Assembly: GCA_030704615.1 (NCBI GenBank)
Contig: CM060732.1
Span: 34,906,001-34,970,000 of the forward strand
DNA from: Takakia lepidozioides
Taxonomy: Eukaryota > Plantae > Bryophyta
DNA: 64,000 bases
Reading direction: 5' to 3'
The stretch's first letter is position 1; each line of letters starts with the position of its first letter. Both the position numbers and the translations under genes were made by a program. Positions 62,024 through 64,000 of this stretch are shown piece by piece. The notes below the pieces were generated by a model. That model was given only the letters and a program-made list of their open reading frames with translations, had not been told where the DNA came from and ran no database searches.

Positions 62024-64000
62024 TCACTCCTCATCACCTGAGTCATAGGTGTACTTGTCCGAGGAATGCAAGCTACGCTGGGCCTCCAATTTGGAGGATG
62101 ATGAGGCCGAGTCCGAGATTACATCATCCTTCGAACCACCCCCTGCTACTGGCTCTCCCCCATCCGGCCGAGCCACTGAACTACCCATCCCCACCCCTAC
62201 AGATATACTATCCTCCGTCAATTGTGGCGTCTTGGCCATTGAGGCTACAAGGACCTTCCACCCCTGAGTCTTGCAAAAGTTGTGCTCGATGGCGGAGAGA
62301 GGCCTCTCAAACTTCTTTTTCTGCACATGACATACAAATGCAATGACAGGTCAGAATTCATAATGGAAGGGAGAAGCTAAAAAAGAAGAATGGGTATGAC
62401 AAGAGAAAGAACACTTACGAATCGGGTGACAAAACTCTTACTTCCGCCGGGGCCTCACTTGTGTGTTGATTCCGCACACTTCTCGAAGCGGGCTGCAGTT
62501 GCCGCACGTCCCCTTGCGAAGATCTCCGCCTTCAGCTCTTCCCTCTCCCCTACGATGAGAGCCTCCCAAGATATCTGTCCAGCCCCAACAAAAAACTATA
62601 AATGTTAATGAAGGGTGAATGCAGGGTTGACTGGACCAAAATGGACGTTACCGGCACAGTTTTAGATGACTGCAATTGATGGTGTCATCAATTTGAATCA
62701 ACTCATTAAAACCAGCAAATATATATGTCATTGAATTCCTAGCTTCAATACGCACCCATAGCAACTCTCCAATCATTAATCCGATAAGAAATGACTCTGC
62801 TATGGACTTTTGAACACCGTCATTGTGTACCGCAGTGAATGGAATTACAATGGACTCAAGTTCTCATTATGTTCCATTAGTGAATTCCATTGAAATTTGG
62901 ACTTAAGGTGTCCATTTTGGTCCACATCATAGGTATGGATTTGAAGTGGCAAAATCATTTGTCATTTGACTCATATGGACTAATATATGTAAAAACAATA
63001 GGCGTTTTTTGAAAAGTCCATAGCTCATCTTGTTTTTTGGATTTTGGGTGTCATTTTTTTCTAGAGCTATAAAAACCTATAATCTTCAATGGCTAGGTGG
63101 CATATTGAATTTATTTTGTAAACTCTAAGTTTTAGTTTTTCATAATTTCTCTAAATAATAGACTAAAATATTTAATGAATTATATCTTTAATATTTGGGG
63201 TAGAACTCTTTACTAAATATGTTCAGTATACGATTATCTATCACTAAAATTTTTTTTTGGATAGTATCATCAACTTTTTGTTTTTTGGTCATGGACTTTC
63301 ATGGAGCAGGATCTGCCGTTTTTGGTCCACTCAACCCTGCAACTGCCCTTAACTCCATACCGCAATGAACATAAAAGACACCAATGACAAGTGAAGTGCG
63401 TCTTACCTTGGTTATTCCATGTGGCATGGTCGTTGGTTCGACCCCGCCTTTGAGTGCCTTGCAAATGGTTTGTCGCGCACGGTACCTCTTGTCCTTGAGG
63501 TTCTTTCCCACCAGCTCCAAGAGCTTCCCCTCATTCCACTCACCCAGAAATGTGCCCTCAAGTGCTTGTACGAATGCTTGCCTATGGCGATGTGATTGAC
63601 GTGGTCAATCAATATGCCAAGGGAACCACCTCGCCGCCAAGTCGAAGGCTACTTTTTTCATGGCCTCCCAATACTCACCAATGGGGTCACCGACCTTATT
63701 GGTCTCTAAGGGGGGCACCTTCATCTTTGGCAAATCAAGGTTGCGGGGACCCGAGGTCTTTACCTCGTCCACGCTCTGCTGAACTACCTCTCCCTTGTCT
63801 TTTGTTGCCCCGCTAATGCCCTCCACCGGCTGCACGCTCATCTGAACTAGCTCCCCCTGTCTTTTGTTCCCCCACTAGTGCCCTCCCCCGGCTGCACCTC
63901 TCTCCTTCTACGCCTCTTTCTCTTACGCTCCCTCTCTTGGGCCTGTCCTTTCCACTTCCCCTCCACTACTTCCCTACCCTCCTTGATGATTAGGGGAACC
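62024..64000 (-). pseudogene. CACTA TnpA-like (Ptta/En/Spm-type) gene, 3' exons
   Basis: VPPLETNKVGDPIGEYWEAMKK...RWFP, GKNLKDKRYRARQ..PHGITK|ISWEALI...THK*GPGGSKSF|KKKFERP; in-frame stops present. Confidence 0.6.
62613..63348. mobile_element. MITE in TnpA-like intron
   Basis: TIRs GGG.....TGCAGGGTTGA.TGGACCAAAA; flanks tga/taa if the TIR is extended by one A (Harbinger-type TWA). Confidence 0.75.

Larger units (their letters stand above)
61089..64000. mobile_element. CACTA element E (left terminus CACTACTACA, gcgacg-rich subterminal region), extends beyond the window
   Basis: CACTA terminus at 61089 interrupts the retroelement ORF; dense cgtcgc/gcgacg repeats at 61130-61770. Confidence 0.78.

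Overview
Eukaryotic nuclear DNA from a non-seed land plant, most likely a bryophyte (inferred from a moss-like intronless PAL, abundant PLS-type PPR fragments and the TE families). The first ~17 kb holds four host genes: a KH + 2H-phosphoesterase ASCC1/LigT-like gene (minus strand, runs off the left edge, with an inverted LINE pair in a 3.6-kb intron), a head-to-head pair of mitochondrial ribosomal protein genes (mL41 and bL21m), and an intronless phenylalanine ammonia-lyase. From ~18 kb to the end is a nested transposon cluster. It contains a Copia relic with a solo LTR, three bounded non-autonomous CACTA elements carrying the same captured PPR/gene fragments, two CACTA TnpA-like genes, a PIF/Harbinger transposase, two MITEs, several LINEs, and an RNase H + restriction-like-endonuclease (Dualen-like) retroelement. 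The most unusual object is a decayed two-gene element at ~22.3-34.9 kb. A GCM-zinc-domain Mutator-like DDE transposase is transcribed divergently from a multi-exon gene ending in a beta-class N4C/N6A-type DNA methyltransferase domain (N-terminus possibly ParB-like). That gene's introns carry seven copies of a 28-bp palindrome (AAATTGCGTGCGTCGACGCACGCAATTT). All family assignments come from reading motifs by eye; no searches were run.
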